43,158 bases of DNA from a virus. Lineage: Duplodnaviria; Caudoviricetes. The stretch spans positions 1-43,158 of IMG/VR virus record IMGVR_UViG_3300042904_000017; one strand, given 5' to 3'. Positions 34,001 through 43,043 of this stretch are shown one piece after another. Made by a program: the position numbers and the translations under genes. Position 1 is the first letter of the stretch. The number at the start of each line of letters is the position of its first letter. The notes under the pieces are model-generated. The model saw only the letters and a program-made list of their open reading frames with translations, did not search any database and was not told the DNA's origin.

Positions 34001-35493
34001 TCCACACCAATGCGTTTGACGTGGTGGAGCCGTACCTGCGGAGGACCGCTGGTAGCGTCTCGCTGGCTAAGCACCTGGACATCTACAAGGGTGGTCAGAT
34101 CAACGAGGCCATCATCGACGCTACCTCGAACAAGCTGGGCACGCAGTTCAAGCACCCGGCCGAGCTGGCGAAGTTCCGCAAGGACCTGCAGTTCGCCTTC
34201 GACCGCATTCAGGGCCTCCCTCAGGAGGAGTTCACGGCCTTCAACAAGTCCATGGAGATGTGGCGTGGGTTCAACGTGATTCGCCTGATGGGCGGTGCAG
34301 TGTGGAACCAGGCCACCGAGATGTCCCAGATCGTGGGTTCGATGGGCTGGAAGGCCACCCTGGGAGCTGTCCCCGAGCTGCGGGCACTCCGCCGTGACAT
34401 CGCTACCGGCAAGGCCCCCAACGACATCCTAGACCACCTGGAGAACACCATCGGCGGCGTAGGGTCGGAGTACGTGGCCCGCATGGAGTTCACGGCCAAG
34501 GACGACTGGGTTCGCCACAAGGGGGACACAGCCTTCAACCGCAAGCTGGACGCCATCGACACGGCACAGCGCAAGCTGGCAAAGGGTGTGCTGGACTACA
34601 CCGGCATGACTCCCCTCCTGGTCCAGCAGAAGCGGGTCCACGCGGTGGCCCTGGTGAACCACTTCGTGAACACCGCGAAGGGTGCCGAGTCCAAGTTCCT
34701 GACCCCTGAGCGCCTGGCGTGGATGGGGATGGGCGAGGGCGACTACAAGGCTGTTCTGAAGGCCATCGACAAGTACACCAAACCAGCTCAGGGAGAGTTC
34801 TCCAAGAGCCACAAGATGGACTTCGCGGGGTGGGCCAAGGAGGACCCGCAGACGTACTCGAAGTTCATGACGGCCATCCACCGGGAATCCCGCAGGGTGG
34901 TGCAGGAGAATGATCTGGGCTCGATGATTCCCCTGATGGGAACCACGCTGGGCAAGACGGTCTTCCAGTTCATGAACTTCTCCATGCACGGCTGGAACAA
35001 GTCCCTGCAGTTCGCCATGAACCACAAGGACTGGACCACGCTGAGCACGGTACTCCACGGTGGCCTGTTCGCCTCGCTGGCGTACATGGGCCGCTCCGTG
35101 CTGGGTGCCCAAGGTATGGATGCGGAGAAGCGTGCGGAGTACCTGGAGAAGCGCCTGGCTACCGGTCAGATCGTTGCTAATGGCTTCGGTCGCATCTCCC
35201 AAGCTTCCATGCTGCCGGTGGCGTTCGATACCGTGTCCCCGTACCCGCTGTTCAGTGGGATGAGGACCACGAGCGACCTTTCGAGTATGGCCTCCAACCC
35301 AACTTACCAGGCCATCAACGGCCTCATCTCCATGAAGAAGCTCATTCGGAATGGAACCTCAGATGAGTACCAAACCACGGAGAAGGACATCCGCGCCTGG
35401 GGAAAGCTTCTGCCCCTCAACAACGTGGTCCCTGTCAGCACCCTGCTGAACAGCATCGCTAACGATTACCCGCATAGCGAGAACGAGCGTTAA
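31060..35493 (+). CDS. gp16: Internal virion protein D with N-terminal lytic transglycosylase and internal HExxH domain
   Basis: IESS...AVSPKGA...QFMPDTA...YNGGP; ALHEVAHA...DEFVA. Confidence 0.9.
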   Translation: MPTIDLDEARKITTEKETQYGLPSGTLFKIGGIESSFNKNAVSPKGARSYFQFMPDTAKSYNVTYGDFNSEADGAARYMADNLRKYGGSMELALADYNGGPKAAAALAKGKPWAETSGYLAKFFGGPQGSPSKQFLTGAEVPLTASPSASELYRDSQQQQSEYGGFLNGLGNVPGAVSLGFQVDNSVFNFFQDRGLGSVDPDFRWTEERGKQFLDGVPERHWDYILQSKSEQEATLRRSRMMDTMEKEAELGRMGMAGFAGRLVGGLVDLPTLVAFVPGMGGEGLLTAGSRVANAARLGIFTGASNVAFDAAAGQYKPTYTHNDLYMSAAMGLGLGAVVGGAINPAKLSRLSRENKAIADLGRREATAAQRSELIDLAGGEHAINKERLDNHLPERTVTQEETVEPVVTRLRDEVVPDQVKADVPTYERTNVGRKAIKGHGDLSTKETLARLKGTSDPLVAGLAARLEGQIADDIKIVTRGEKVRSYYDPVSHEIHLAKGADDWVALHEVAHAVTANKIRYGMANPNTAHGELTRELHEVYQEVRKAAAGKKFTDHKTDYYLKNIDEFVAGIYSGKSEFIDFMSGVKVSEGKHTLLSKAVEIVRKILGMDQSETSALTKALGITDKLIDTPLNVKQKWIEPKTGKTRDLEYLMSPGGDPDAATAATRAGIPTVFGWGLGLENRLGGGKAPASVRELASKLFGTTIGYKDHSVVKANAWDDTTKWADSWAVEMRKGTYPAFEEWLKKQDRKWHEKGQAFEEFGDQVSNYIRGFEGDYAPEVIKAGDHMRKTLDKVREYINNPLRDEGLKKRGLTEVEVRDPESGEVSLVGQLEKNSNYLPRKHDINKWNDMVNSFGREAVEEWWARAYKAGRADVSDEAAARWAKWYTRTIEEAHANRSQDLLEDIMRGTDKDALKASLKANGGFSDMEAQQLLDEMFPANQSKDTGRIANLKHRSTIDETYTETWNRSDGSQVQVSLNDFIHTNAFDVVEPYLRRTAGSVSLAKHLDIYKGGQINEAIIDATSNKLGTQFKHPAELAKFRKDLQFAFDRIQGLPQEEFTAFNKSMEMWRGFNVIRLMGGAVWNQATEMSQIVGSMGWKATLGAVPELRALRRDIATGKAPNDILDHLENTIGGVGSEYVARMEFTAKDDWVRHKGDTAFNRKLDAIDTAQRKLAKGVLDYTGMTPLLVQQKRVHAVALVNHFVNTAKGAESKFLTPERLAWMGMGEGDYKAVLKAIDKYTKPAQGEFSKSHKMDFAGWAKEDPQTYSKFMTAIHRESRRVVQENDLGSMIPLMGTTLGKTVFQFMNFSMHGWNKSLQFAMNHKDWTTLSTVLHGGLFASLAYMGRSVLGAQGMDAEKRAEYLEKRLATGQIVANGFGRISQASMLPVAFDTVSPYPLFSGMRTTSDLSSMASNPTYQAINGLISMKKLIRNGTSDEYQTTEKDIRAWGKLLPLNNVVPVSTLLNSIANDYPHSENER

Positions 35494-35498
35494 TACCT

Positions 35499-35527
35499 GC
35501 CCCGGCTTCGGCTGGGGCTTTCCTTTT
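35499..35527 (+). terminator. Terminator hairpin
   Basis: gccccggc-ttcg-gctggggc then tttcctttt. Confidence 0.65.
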
Positions 35528-35538
35528 CGGAGAACAAT

Positions 35539-38500
35539 TTGTCCGCATACAGTTACGTCACCCTACCCGGTGACGGATCAAACTCGACCTTTGCTTTTTC
35601 CTTTCCATACCTCGACCGTGCCCACATCCATGTGAAGGTGGGCGGTGTGGAAGTGCCCTTCAACTGGGCCACCGATTCCACCATCCTGATCCTCCCGGCC
35701 CCTACGGATGACGTTGAGATTCGCCGGATCACCCCGCTGAACCAGCCTCCGGTGGACTTCACGGACGGCTCTGTGCTGAGTGAGCAGGAGCTGGACTTGC
35801 TGGCTACCTTCAACCTGTATTGCGCCCAGGAGGCCCAGGACACCGCAGCAGCAGCTCTCCTGAACAGTGAGCTGGGGGCTGCCTTCTACGGGGTCTATCA
35901 GGGCGCCCAGGCCACCGTACCGACCACCCGCCGGGACGGCACCCCGCTGCAGGCAGGTGACCTGTACTTCAGCACGTCCCTGAACGCCATGCAGGTGTAC
36001 GGCTCGTTCGGCTGGAAGAACGCTGGCTCCAGCATCGATGCCATCCTGAAGCAACCGCCCAACGGTGAGCCCTTCGTTGCCGCTGGTGGAGAAACCTCCA
36101 TCCCCATCGCTGGTGGGTACGACCCCGGCAACGGCATCGTGTCCATCAACGGCTTGAACATGGCCGAGCCGGATGTGTCCATCACGAATGGCGAGACCAT
36201 TGTGTTCGCCACTCCGCTGTCCCCAGGGGATGAGGTTGACTACACCTTCTTTGGTGCCTTCACTCCGACAGGCAACATCAGCAACGTGCGGACCTTCAAT
36301 GGCCGTAACGGCGATGTGGTCCTGACCACCACGGACATCAGCACGGCCCTCGGGTTCACCCCGGCCAGCGCTTCGAGCAACTCACTGGTGAGTGTAGCGG
36401 CCCTCCGCGCAGCTTCGTCTACCGGTGTCACTGTGGCCTCCACTCAGGGCTACTACGCTGCCGGTGATGGTGGTGGTGCCACCTACTACAAGGACGCCAC
36501 GGACACCACGTCCACGGACAACGGTGGCTCCGTGATCGTTGCCACTGATGGTGCCCGCTGGAAGCTCGCCAAGGCCGTGGTTACCTCCGCCCGCCAGTTC
36601 GGTGCGAAGGGCGATGGCGTGACGAGCGATACCGCAGCGCTGCAGCAGTTCGCCAACTACCTGGGCACCAAGGGCACCCGAGGGTACATCCCAGGGGGCA
36701 AGTACCGCCTTACCTCGAAGGTGACCTTCTCGGAGAACTGCCTGGTCTACGGGGATGGCTGGAAGGATGTCCGCGATATGACCGGGGACACCACTCGAGA
36801 CTGGTCCCAGGCCAAGACGATGGGCACCATCATCTACGCTGACTATGTGAACTCCGGTGCCTCAACCGAGTCCACGTTCCACATCGAGGGCAATAGCGTC
36901 ACCATTCGGGACATGGAGTTCGAGGCCAAGCAGCCTCTGCCAGGACCTGGCTGGGTGAGCAACAACACCCCGTTCGCCATCTCCACTTACCGTGGTCCGT
37001 GGCTGGAGCAGGGCGGTAACTCGGTCCTGATCGAGAACGTCATGCTGCGCAACCACAAGCATGGCATCCACATGCAGGGCACCTCCCGTGGCCTCCTGCG
37101 TGGCATCTTCGGGCAGTGCTTCGGCCAGGCCATCTACGTCACCCAGAACTTCGATGTGCTGCGCATCGAGGACGTTCACCTCAACTGGCCGTTCTACTCC
37201 GGCCACTCCGCAGTCACCAGCTACATGGATACCAACGCGGATGCGTTGGTCCTGGCCCGCGTGGACAACCCGAACATCAACAACTTCTTTGTGTTCGGTG
37301 GCCGCACTGGCATCACCACGCAGATCGATGCGGACCCCACCTTCGGGGGAAAGACGGAGCGTCTGCAGGCCACCAACGTGGGCATCGATAACATCCTGGT
37401 GGGTCTGAAGCTGAAGGACGCCATCACGATGGACCTGGCGAACTTCTACGTCTTCTGCCGCCCCGTTACGGATAGCCGCTGCATTCACTCGCTGGCGGAG
37501 CTGGGTGGCGGACAAGTGCCGATCCGGCTGAACCTGACCAACGGTGACTTCCAAGGGTCCCAGGCGGAGGCCATGCGCTTCGAGGTGCAAGGCAACATCC
37601 AGCTCTCGAACATCCGCATCCGGGACTACAACGGCTCCGGTGGGGCCTTCCCTGGCATCGCTGCCTATGATGGTGTGAAGGTCCAGTACGCCAACCTGGT
37701 GGCTGAGAACACGGGCACCACCCCGCTTACCCAAACGTTCGGCACCGGGACCATCTCGGGTGGCTCTGGGGGCTCCAGTGGTGTCTCCAGCTTCAACTCC
37801 CGCACCGGCATCGTGAACTTGACCTCGGCGGACGTAACCACTGCGCTGGGCTTCACCCCGGCCAGTGCTTCTTCCTCGGATATCGCAGGCACCATCCGGT
37901 CCAAAGGAGCGACACCTCCGGCCTCTGGTGTTGGCGTGGAGGTGAGCTACGAGACCGGCCTAGATGCTGGCTTCGTGAACGCCTACGACCGCACCACACC
38001 AGGCTACAAGAACCTGAACATCGGGGGCCTCTCCGTCACGTTCAAGAGTGGCACCGCTGGCTCCAACCAGGGGGCCTTCGACAGCAACGGCTACTTCCTG
38101 CTGGGCTACGGCAACAGCCAAGGTGCGTACAAGCTGCAGGTCAGCGGAGACGCTCTGTTCTCCGGAGCCCTGTATGCTCCGACCCCGGCAACCTCCACCA
38201 CGGGCGGACGCCTGGCTACCTGCGATTACGTGATCAACAAGATCGCAGCCGGAGCGGTGCAGTCCTTCAATACCCGCACGGGTGCCGTTACGCTGACCTC
38301 CTCGGATGTCACCACGGCTCTGGGCTACACCCCCGCGAGTGCCTCCACGTCCCTCTTCACGGGCACCGTACGCTCCGCTGGGTTCGTCGCACCACCTTCG
38401 GGCGTTGGTGTTGAGATCAGCTATGACACTGGACTGCCTGCTGGCTTCGTGACCGCCTACGACCGGGATGCCTCGCAGTACAAGGACCTGAACATCGGTG

Positions 38501-39471
38501 GCCGCACGATCACCTTCAAGTCGGGGACCGCAGGTACCAACCAGGGCTTCATCGACACGAACGGCTACTTCGTCCTCGGCTACGGCACTAGCCAGGGTGC
38601 GTACAAGCTGCAGGTGAATGGCGATGCCCTGATCGGCGGTGCCCTGTACGCTGTGACCCCAGCCACATCAACCACCGGCTCCCGTGTGGCGACCTGCGAT
38701 TACGTGATCAACAAGATCGCTGCTGGTGGTGTCACAAGCTTCAACTCCCGTACGGGCGCTGTGTCCCTGACCAGTGGCGATGTGACGGGGGCTCTGGGCT
38801 ACACCCCGGCCACTACCGCATCGCCATCCTTCAGTGGCGTTACGGGCACCTCTGGCACCTTCCGGTCCACCGGTACTTCCAATCCAGGCTCCGGCACTGG
38901 TGTTGAACTGAACTGGGACCCAGGGTCCACGGCAGCCTACCTGAACTCGTACGACCGCACCGCAGCTCAGTACAAGAACCTGAACATCGGTGGCCTGGCT
39001 ATCGGCTTCAAGACTGGCGCCTCAGGTGCGAACGTGGGCACCTTCGATGCCAACGGGTCCTTCCTGATCGGCTACGGCACCACCAACGGTTCCACCTACA
39101 AGCTGCAGGTGAACTCCCAAATCTACGCGACGAGCGCAACCATTGCGACTTCGGACCGCCGTGTGAAGGAGAACATCCAGCCGCTGGAGCACGGCCTGGA
39201 CAAGGTGATGGAGCTGAAGCCGGTGACGTTCGATTTCAAGAAGCACTCGCGCCACAACTTCTCCACCGCCACGCAGGTGGGCTTCATCGCCCAGGACGTG
39301 GAGGAGGCTCTGGCTGGCACCTCGTACATGGGCTCTGTGGTGGCAACGAACGAGGACGGCTACGAGAACCTGAAGGGCCTCGCTGAGGTCAAGCTGGTTC
39401 CCCTGCTGGTGAAGGCCGTGCAGGAGCTGGCGGACCGTGTGAAGGAACTGGAAGCCAAGCTGGTCGCGTAA
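35539..39471 (+). CDS. gp17: Tail fibre/spike: T7 anchor, beta-helix depolymerase-like domain, tandem repeats, S74-type intramolecular chaperone
   Basis: FSFPYL...IRRITP...DFTDGS; FGAKGDGVTSDTAALQ; SDRRVKENI...GFIAQDV. Confidence 0.92.
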   Translation: MSAYSYVTLPGDGSNSTFAFSFPYLDRAHIHVKVGGVEVPFNWATDSTILILPAPTDDVEIRRITPLNQPPVDFTDGSVLSEQELDLLATFNLYCAQEAQDTAAAALLNSELGAAFYGVYQGAQATVPTTRRDGTPLQAGDLYFSTSLNAMQVYGSFGWKNAGSSIDAILKQPPNGEPFVAAGGETSIPIAGGYDPGNGIVSINGLNMAEPDVSITNGETIVFATPLSPGDEVDYTFFGAFTPTGNISNVRTFNGRNGDVVLTTTDISTALGFTPASASSNSLVSVAALRAASSTGVTVASTQGYYAAGDGGGATYYKDATDTTSTDNGGSVIVATDGARWKLAKAVVTSARQFGAKGDGVTSDTAALQQFANYLGTKGTRGYIPGGKYRLTSKVTFSENCLVYGDGWKDVRDMTGDTTRDWSQAKTMGTIIYADYVNSGASTESTFHIEGNSVTIRDMEFEAKQPLPGPGWVSNNTPFAISTYRGPWLEQGGNSVLIENVMLRNHKHGIHMQGTSRGLLRGIFGQCFGQAIYVTQNFDVLRIEDVHLNWPFYSGHSAVTSYMDTNADALVLARVDNPNINNFFVFGGRTGITTQIDADPTFGGKTERLQATNVGIDNILVGLKLKDAITMDLANFYVFCRPVTDSRCIHSLAELGGGQVPIRLNLTNGDFQGSQAEAMRFEVQGNIQLSNIRIRDYNGSGGAFPGIAAYDGVKVQYANLVAENTGTTPLTQTFGTGTISGGSGGSSGVSSFNSRTGIVNLTSADVTTALGFTPASASSSDIAGTIRSKGATPPASGVGVEVSYETGLDAGFVNAYDRTTPGYKNLNIGGLSVTFKSGTAGSNQGAFDSNGYFLLGYGNSQGAYKLQVSGDALFSGALYAPTPATSTTGGRLATCDYVINKIAAGAVQSFNTRTGAVTLTSSDVTTALGYTPASASTSLFTGTVRSAGFVAPPSGVGVEISYDTGLPAGFVTAYDRDASQYKDLNIGGRTITFKSGTAGTNQGFIDTNGYFVLGYGTSQGAYKLQVNGDALIGGALYAVTPATSTTGSRVATCDYVINKIAAGGVTSFNSRTGAVSLTSGDVTGALGYTPATTASPSFSGVTGTSGTFRSTGTSNPGSGTGVELNWDPGSTAAYLNSYDRTAAQYKNLNIGGLAIGFKTGASGANVGTFDANGSFLIGYGTTNGSTYKLQVNSQIYATSATIATSDRRVKENIQPLEHGLDKVMELKPVTFDFKKHSRHNFSTATQVGFIAQDVEEALAGTSYMGSVVATNEDGYENLKGLAEVKLVPLLVKAVQELADRVKELEAKLVA
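37783..39150 (+). repeat. ~474-nt (158-aa) tandem repeats in the tail fibre
   Basis: V.SFNSRTG.V.LTS.DVT.ALG.TPA at 37783, 38257, 38731 (related motif at 36286). Confidence 0.9.
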
Positions 39472-39518
39472 TCAACCGGCCTCTCGGGGAAACCTGAGTG
39501 GCCTCTTCAAAGGAATTT

Positions 39519-40181
39519 ATGAGCAATGCTAGTAGCATCTCGAAGCTGGCTAACCTGGCTTCGCATGTAGCAAACCTCGTGGGCTTATCGAACTCCAAGG
39601 CATCCATCGATGCCAAGGTCTCCGAGGTCTACCCCATCCCCGCAGGCGTCATCTTGGACTATGCCGGGTCTCCAGCGTCCGTCCCCAGCGGGTGGCTTCT
39701 GGCGGATGGCAGTGCTGTGTCCAGGACCACCTACGCTGCCTTGTTCACCATGCTCGGGACAACCCACGGTGCCGGAGATGGCTCCACCACGTTCAACCTC
39801 CCGGATGCTCGTGGCCGTGTGATCGCCGGTAAGGATGACATGGGAGGCACCGCAGCGAACCGCCTCACGGCTGCCAAGAGCGGCATCACAGGGACCACGC
39901 TAGGTGCCGCTGGTGGTTCGGAAGAACACGTTCTGACCACCGCACAGATGCCGCTACACGGTCACCCGTACCGTTCCCGCTCTGATGCCATCAGCTCTCC
40001 AACGGCAAACACCGGGGGTGGCTTCCTGATGAACTCCGGTGCCAGTGGGCTGGGGACCCGTACAGCATTTACTGGCACCCCCTCTGACACCAACGGTGAG
40101 CAGATTGGTGGCACTGGTGGAGGCGCTGCCCACAACAACACCCAGCCTACGCTGGTCCTCAACAAGATCATCAAGACGTAA
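39519..40181 (+). CDS. Tail collar domain protein (short fibre)
   Basis: PSGWLLADGSAVSRTTYAALF...GDGSTTFNLPD.RGR; HNNTQP..VLNKIIK. Confidence 0.88.
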   Translation: MSNASSISKLANLASHVANLVGLSNSKASIDAKVSEVYPIPAGVILDYAGSPASVPSGWLLADGSAVSRTTYAALFTMLGTTHGAGDGSTTFNLPDARGRVIAGKDDMGGTAANRLTAAKSGITGTTLGAAGGSEEHVLTTAQMPLHGHPYRSRSDAISSPTANTGGGFLMNSGASGLGTRTAFTGTPSDTNGEQIGGTGGGAAHNNTQPTLVLNKIIKT

Positions 40182-40182
40182 T

Positions 40183-40410
40183 ATGACCGAGCCTATTGAG
40201 CATCGAGTTACCCGCCTGGAATTCCGCGTGGATGCTCATGACACGGACCTCACGACCATCAAGGAGGACTCCAAGACCATGAGTGAAACCCTGAAGTCCA
40301 TGAAGGACAATCTTCTGCAAATCAAATGGATCGCTGCTGGGGCCGCTGGCGCCTTCGTGGTCCAGCAAGTGGGCATCGTAGAGGTGGCCCGCAAACTCCT
40401 GCACCTATGA
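40183..40410 (+). CDS. Small coiled-coil plus single-TM protein (holin-like position)
   Basis: C-terminal hydrophobic segment; lies where T7 has 17.5. Confidence 0.6.
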   Translation: MTEPIEHRVTRLEFRVDAHDTDLTTIKEDSKTMSETLKSMKDNLLQIKWIAAGAAGAFVVQQVGIVEVARKLLHL

Positions 40411-40700
40411 TCGATAAAGCCACTGAGAAGGAACTAGGCGAAGTCCATGGAGGTATGGCCGACTGGTGCAAGGTGATCCTGAAGGGAGTGCCGCTTACGG
40501 ACAAGGAGGGCAACGCTGTCCTCAAACCCGATGGGCAGCCGTGGCTCGTCCCTCCATCTCCTGCACACCTGAACGTCATCCGACAGTTCCTGAAGGACAA
40601 CCGCATCGAAGCTGCAGTCCTCCCCGGCCTGGGCAACCATGAAGGTCTGGACGATCTGCCTGTCTTCGATGACGAGAACGTAGTCCCCATCCGCAAGTAA
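40407..40700 (+). CDS. gp18: Terminase small subunit
   Basis: SPAHLNVIRQFLKDNRI motif; precedes TerL. Confidence 0.85.
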   Translation: MIDKATEKELGEVHGGMADWCKVILKGVPLTDKEGNAVLKPDGQPWLVPPSPAHLNVIRQFLKDNRIEAAVLPGLGNHEGLDDLPVFDDENVVPIRK

Positions 40701-40704
40701 TACA

Positions 40705-40775
40705 GCCCCTACAGGGCTTCCGAAGGGTCACTGAGGGAAATCCTCGGTGGCCCTTTTTTGTAAGCTCCTAGGGGC
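40705..40775 (+). terminator. Long hairpin with internal T6 (terminator or RNase III-like site)
   Basis: aagggtcactgagg/cctcggtggccctt inner stem; gcccct...gctt/aagc...aggggc outer stem. Confidence 0.6.
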
Positions 40776-40790
40776 CTCTAAAGGCTTCCA

Positions 40791-42473
40791 ATGGCATCCC
40801 CTAAACACCCGGCCCAGAAAGACTTCCGGGTCTTCATGTATTTGGTGTGGAAGCACCTCAATCTTCCAGACCCCACCCCAGTCCAATACGACATTGCCCA
40901 CTACATCCAGACCGGCCCACGCCGTGCTGTGATCGAGGCATTCCGTGGTGTGGGCAAATCCTGGGTGACCTCCGCAGCAGCCTGCTGGTTCCTGTGGAAT
41001 AACCCCGATGTGAAAATCCTGGTGGTGTCCGCATCGAAGGAACGGGCTGACGCCTTCTCCACCTTCGTCAAGCGCCTCATCAACGAGATTCCCGTACTGC
41101 AGCACCTGAAGCCTCGGGCCGATCAGCGTGACTCGGTGATCTCCTTCGACGTGGGTCCAGCCAAGCCTGACCACTCACCGTCCCTGAAGTCCGTGGGTAT
41201 CACCGGCCAAATCACCGGCTCCCGTGCTGACATCCTGATCGCGGACGACATCGAGGTCCCGAACAACTCCGCCACCCAGACGATGCGGGACAAGCTCTCC
41301 GAGGCGGTGAAGGAGTTCGACGCGATCCTGAAGCCCGGTGGCCGCATCATCTACCTGGGCACCCCGCAGACCGAGATGTCCCTGTACAACTCACTGCCTG
41401 AGCGTGGCTACGAGATTCGTGTGTGGCCTGCGCTGTACCCGACCATCCAGAAGGTCCTGGCCTATCAGGGACGCCTGGCGCCGATGATCACCAAGGCCCT
41501 GGAGAAGGACCCCACTCTCCAAGGGAAACCTGTGGACCCCAAGCGGTTCAACGAACAGGACCTGATGGAACGTGCGGCCTCCTATGGCCGTGCAGGCTTC
41601 GCCCTGCAGTTCATGCTGGACACCAGCCTATCGGACGGTGACCGCTACCCGCTGAAGATTCAGGACCTCATCGTGATGAACCTGAACCCCACCATGGCCC
41701 ACGTTAAGTTGGCCTGGGCTGCAGCTCCTGAGGTGGTCATCAACGACCTCCCCGCAGTGGCCCTCACGGGGGACCGCTACCACCGCCCGATGTGGAAGTC
41801 CGATGAGATGTCGGAGTACACCGGCTGCGTGATGGCTATCGACCCGAGCGGTAGGGGCCAGGACGAGACCGGCTACGCGATCATCAAGATTCTCAACGCG
41901 AACCTCTACCTGGTGGCTGCAGGTGGTCTCTCCGGGGGCTACTCCGATGAGACCCTGAAGACCCTGGCGAACCTCGCTAAGACCCACCAGGTGAACCACG
42001 TGATCATCGAGGCGAACTTCGGTGACGGCATGTACACCAAGCTGATCACCCCGTTCTTCGCCCAGGCTGGTCACAAGGTCCTCGTGGAGGAGGTCAAGCA
42101 CTCCACCCAGAAGGAGGCCAGGATCATCGATACCCTGGAGCCGATCCTCTCCACCCACAAGCTGGTGGTTGACCAGAGGGTGATCGAGCAGGACTTCAGG
42201 ACCGCTGAAGCTGACATCAAGTACAGCCTGTTCTACCAGCTCACCAGGATCACCCGTGACCGGGGAGCCCTGGCTCATGATGACCGTCTGGATGCTCTCG
42301 CCATTGCGGTAGCCTACTGGGTTGAGCACATGAGCAAGGACACCGCTAAGGCCCAGGAAGTTCACCGTGAGAAGCTCCTGAAGGAGGAGCTGAAGAGGTG
42401 GCAGAAGGGCATCACCGGGAAGGACCCTAAGCACCTCACCTGGATGTCCAGGAACGTGGGAACACGGAGGTAG
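40791..42473 (+). CDS. gp19: Terminase large subunit
   Basis: AFRGVGKSW, GSRADILIADDIE, LGTPQ, IDPSGRGQDE, HDDRLDAL. Confidence 0.98.
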   Translation: MASPKHPAQKDFRVFMYLVWKHLNLPDPTPVQYDIAHYIQTGPRRAVIEAFRGVGKSWVTSAAACWFLWNNPDVKILVVSASKERADAFSTFVKRLINEIPVLQHLKPRADQRDSVISFDVGPAKPDHSPSLKSVGITGQITGSRADILIADDIEVPNNSATQTMRDKLSEAVKEFDAILKPGGRIIYLGTPQTEMSLYNSLPERGYEIRVWPALYPTIQKVLAYQGRLAPMITKALEKDPTLQGKPVDPKRFNEQDLMERAASYGRAGFALQFMLDTSLSDGDRYPLKIQDLIVMNLNPTMAHVKLAWAAAPEVVINDLPAVALTGDRYHRPMWKSDEMSEYTGCVMAIDPSGRGQDETGYAIIKILNANLYLVAAGGLSGGYSDETLKTLANLAKTHQVNHVIIEANFGDGMYTKLITPFFAQAGHKVLVEEVKHSTQKEARIIDTLEPILSTHKLVVDQRVIEQDFRTAEADIKYSLFYQLTRITRDRGALAHDDRLDALAIAVAYWVEHMSKDTAKAQEVHREKLLKEELKRWQKGITGKDPKHLTWMSRNVGTRR

Positions 42474-42474
42474 G

Positions 42475-42514
42475 GCATACCCGCCACAATAGGATAGGGA
42501 GGCGTCTCTCTATC
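42475..42514 (+). promoter_or_regulatory. Right-end phage promoter (phiOR-like) with 5' transcript hairpin
   Basis: GCATACCCGCCACAATA|GGATAG; ggatagggag/ctctctatcc stem. Confidence 0.7.
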
Positions 42515-42999
42515 CGGGGGATCACGAGCCTTAGGGCTGTGCCGCATCACTGCGGACTGGGGAACCTCAGTGTGTGCGGTCAGACCTGTGCTTGTTACTG
42601 ACCACCGCTGGGGACACTCTAGGTTTCACTCCTGCACTCTCATAGACACTTATGGGGGGTAGGGGGGAAACATAGGTGTTCCTAGTGGTGGATCAGCCCT
42701 ATGCTTAGGATGAACCCTAAGTTTCCCTTCAGTTTCCCTTATGGGCTCCTGAAGGGAATACACCATCAACATCAACCCTATAGTCACCATCCAGCATGGT
42801 TCCTTTAGGCAGCCCCTTAGCTACCCTCAACACTCCCTGGTGACGACCTCAAGGGACACGAGGGGGGGAACCTGAGGGAGCTGCCTAAGGGACGAGTGGT
42901 CTCCCCCCGAAATGTTTTACCGCAAAAATCTGAAAGCCCACCTCGAACGCAAACGGTGGGCGATTCCCCCCGTGCCCCCGGCCCTCGCTGGCCGTCCCT

Positions 43000-43043
43000 C
43001 GGCACATCCGCACGCCCATTCGGGCACATCTTGCGGGCACATC
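43000..43043 (-). repeat. GGCACATC repeats, reverse complement of the attP1 arm repeats
   Basis: cggcacatc 43000, cgggcacatc 43021 and 43034 versus gatgtgcccg 6746. Confidence 0.75.

Noticed and set aside
32809-34155. Long antisense ORFs (also 3636-4550, 8554-9552, 18111-19283, 25345-26568, 27904-29082)
   Set aside because: They are shadows of high-GC3 sense genes, with no recognisable motifs.
37783-39150. Tail-fibre repeats as DGR template/variable repeats or shufflon cassettes
   Set aside because: No reverse transcriptase, differences are not adenine-specific, and all copies are in frame and direct.
42955-42980. cgattccccccgtgccc as a third tRNA-like att core
   Set aside because: No GTTC T-loop, no paired T-stem and no CCA end.
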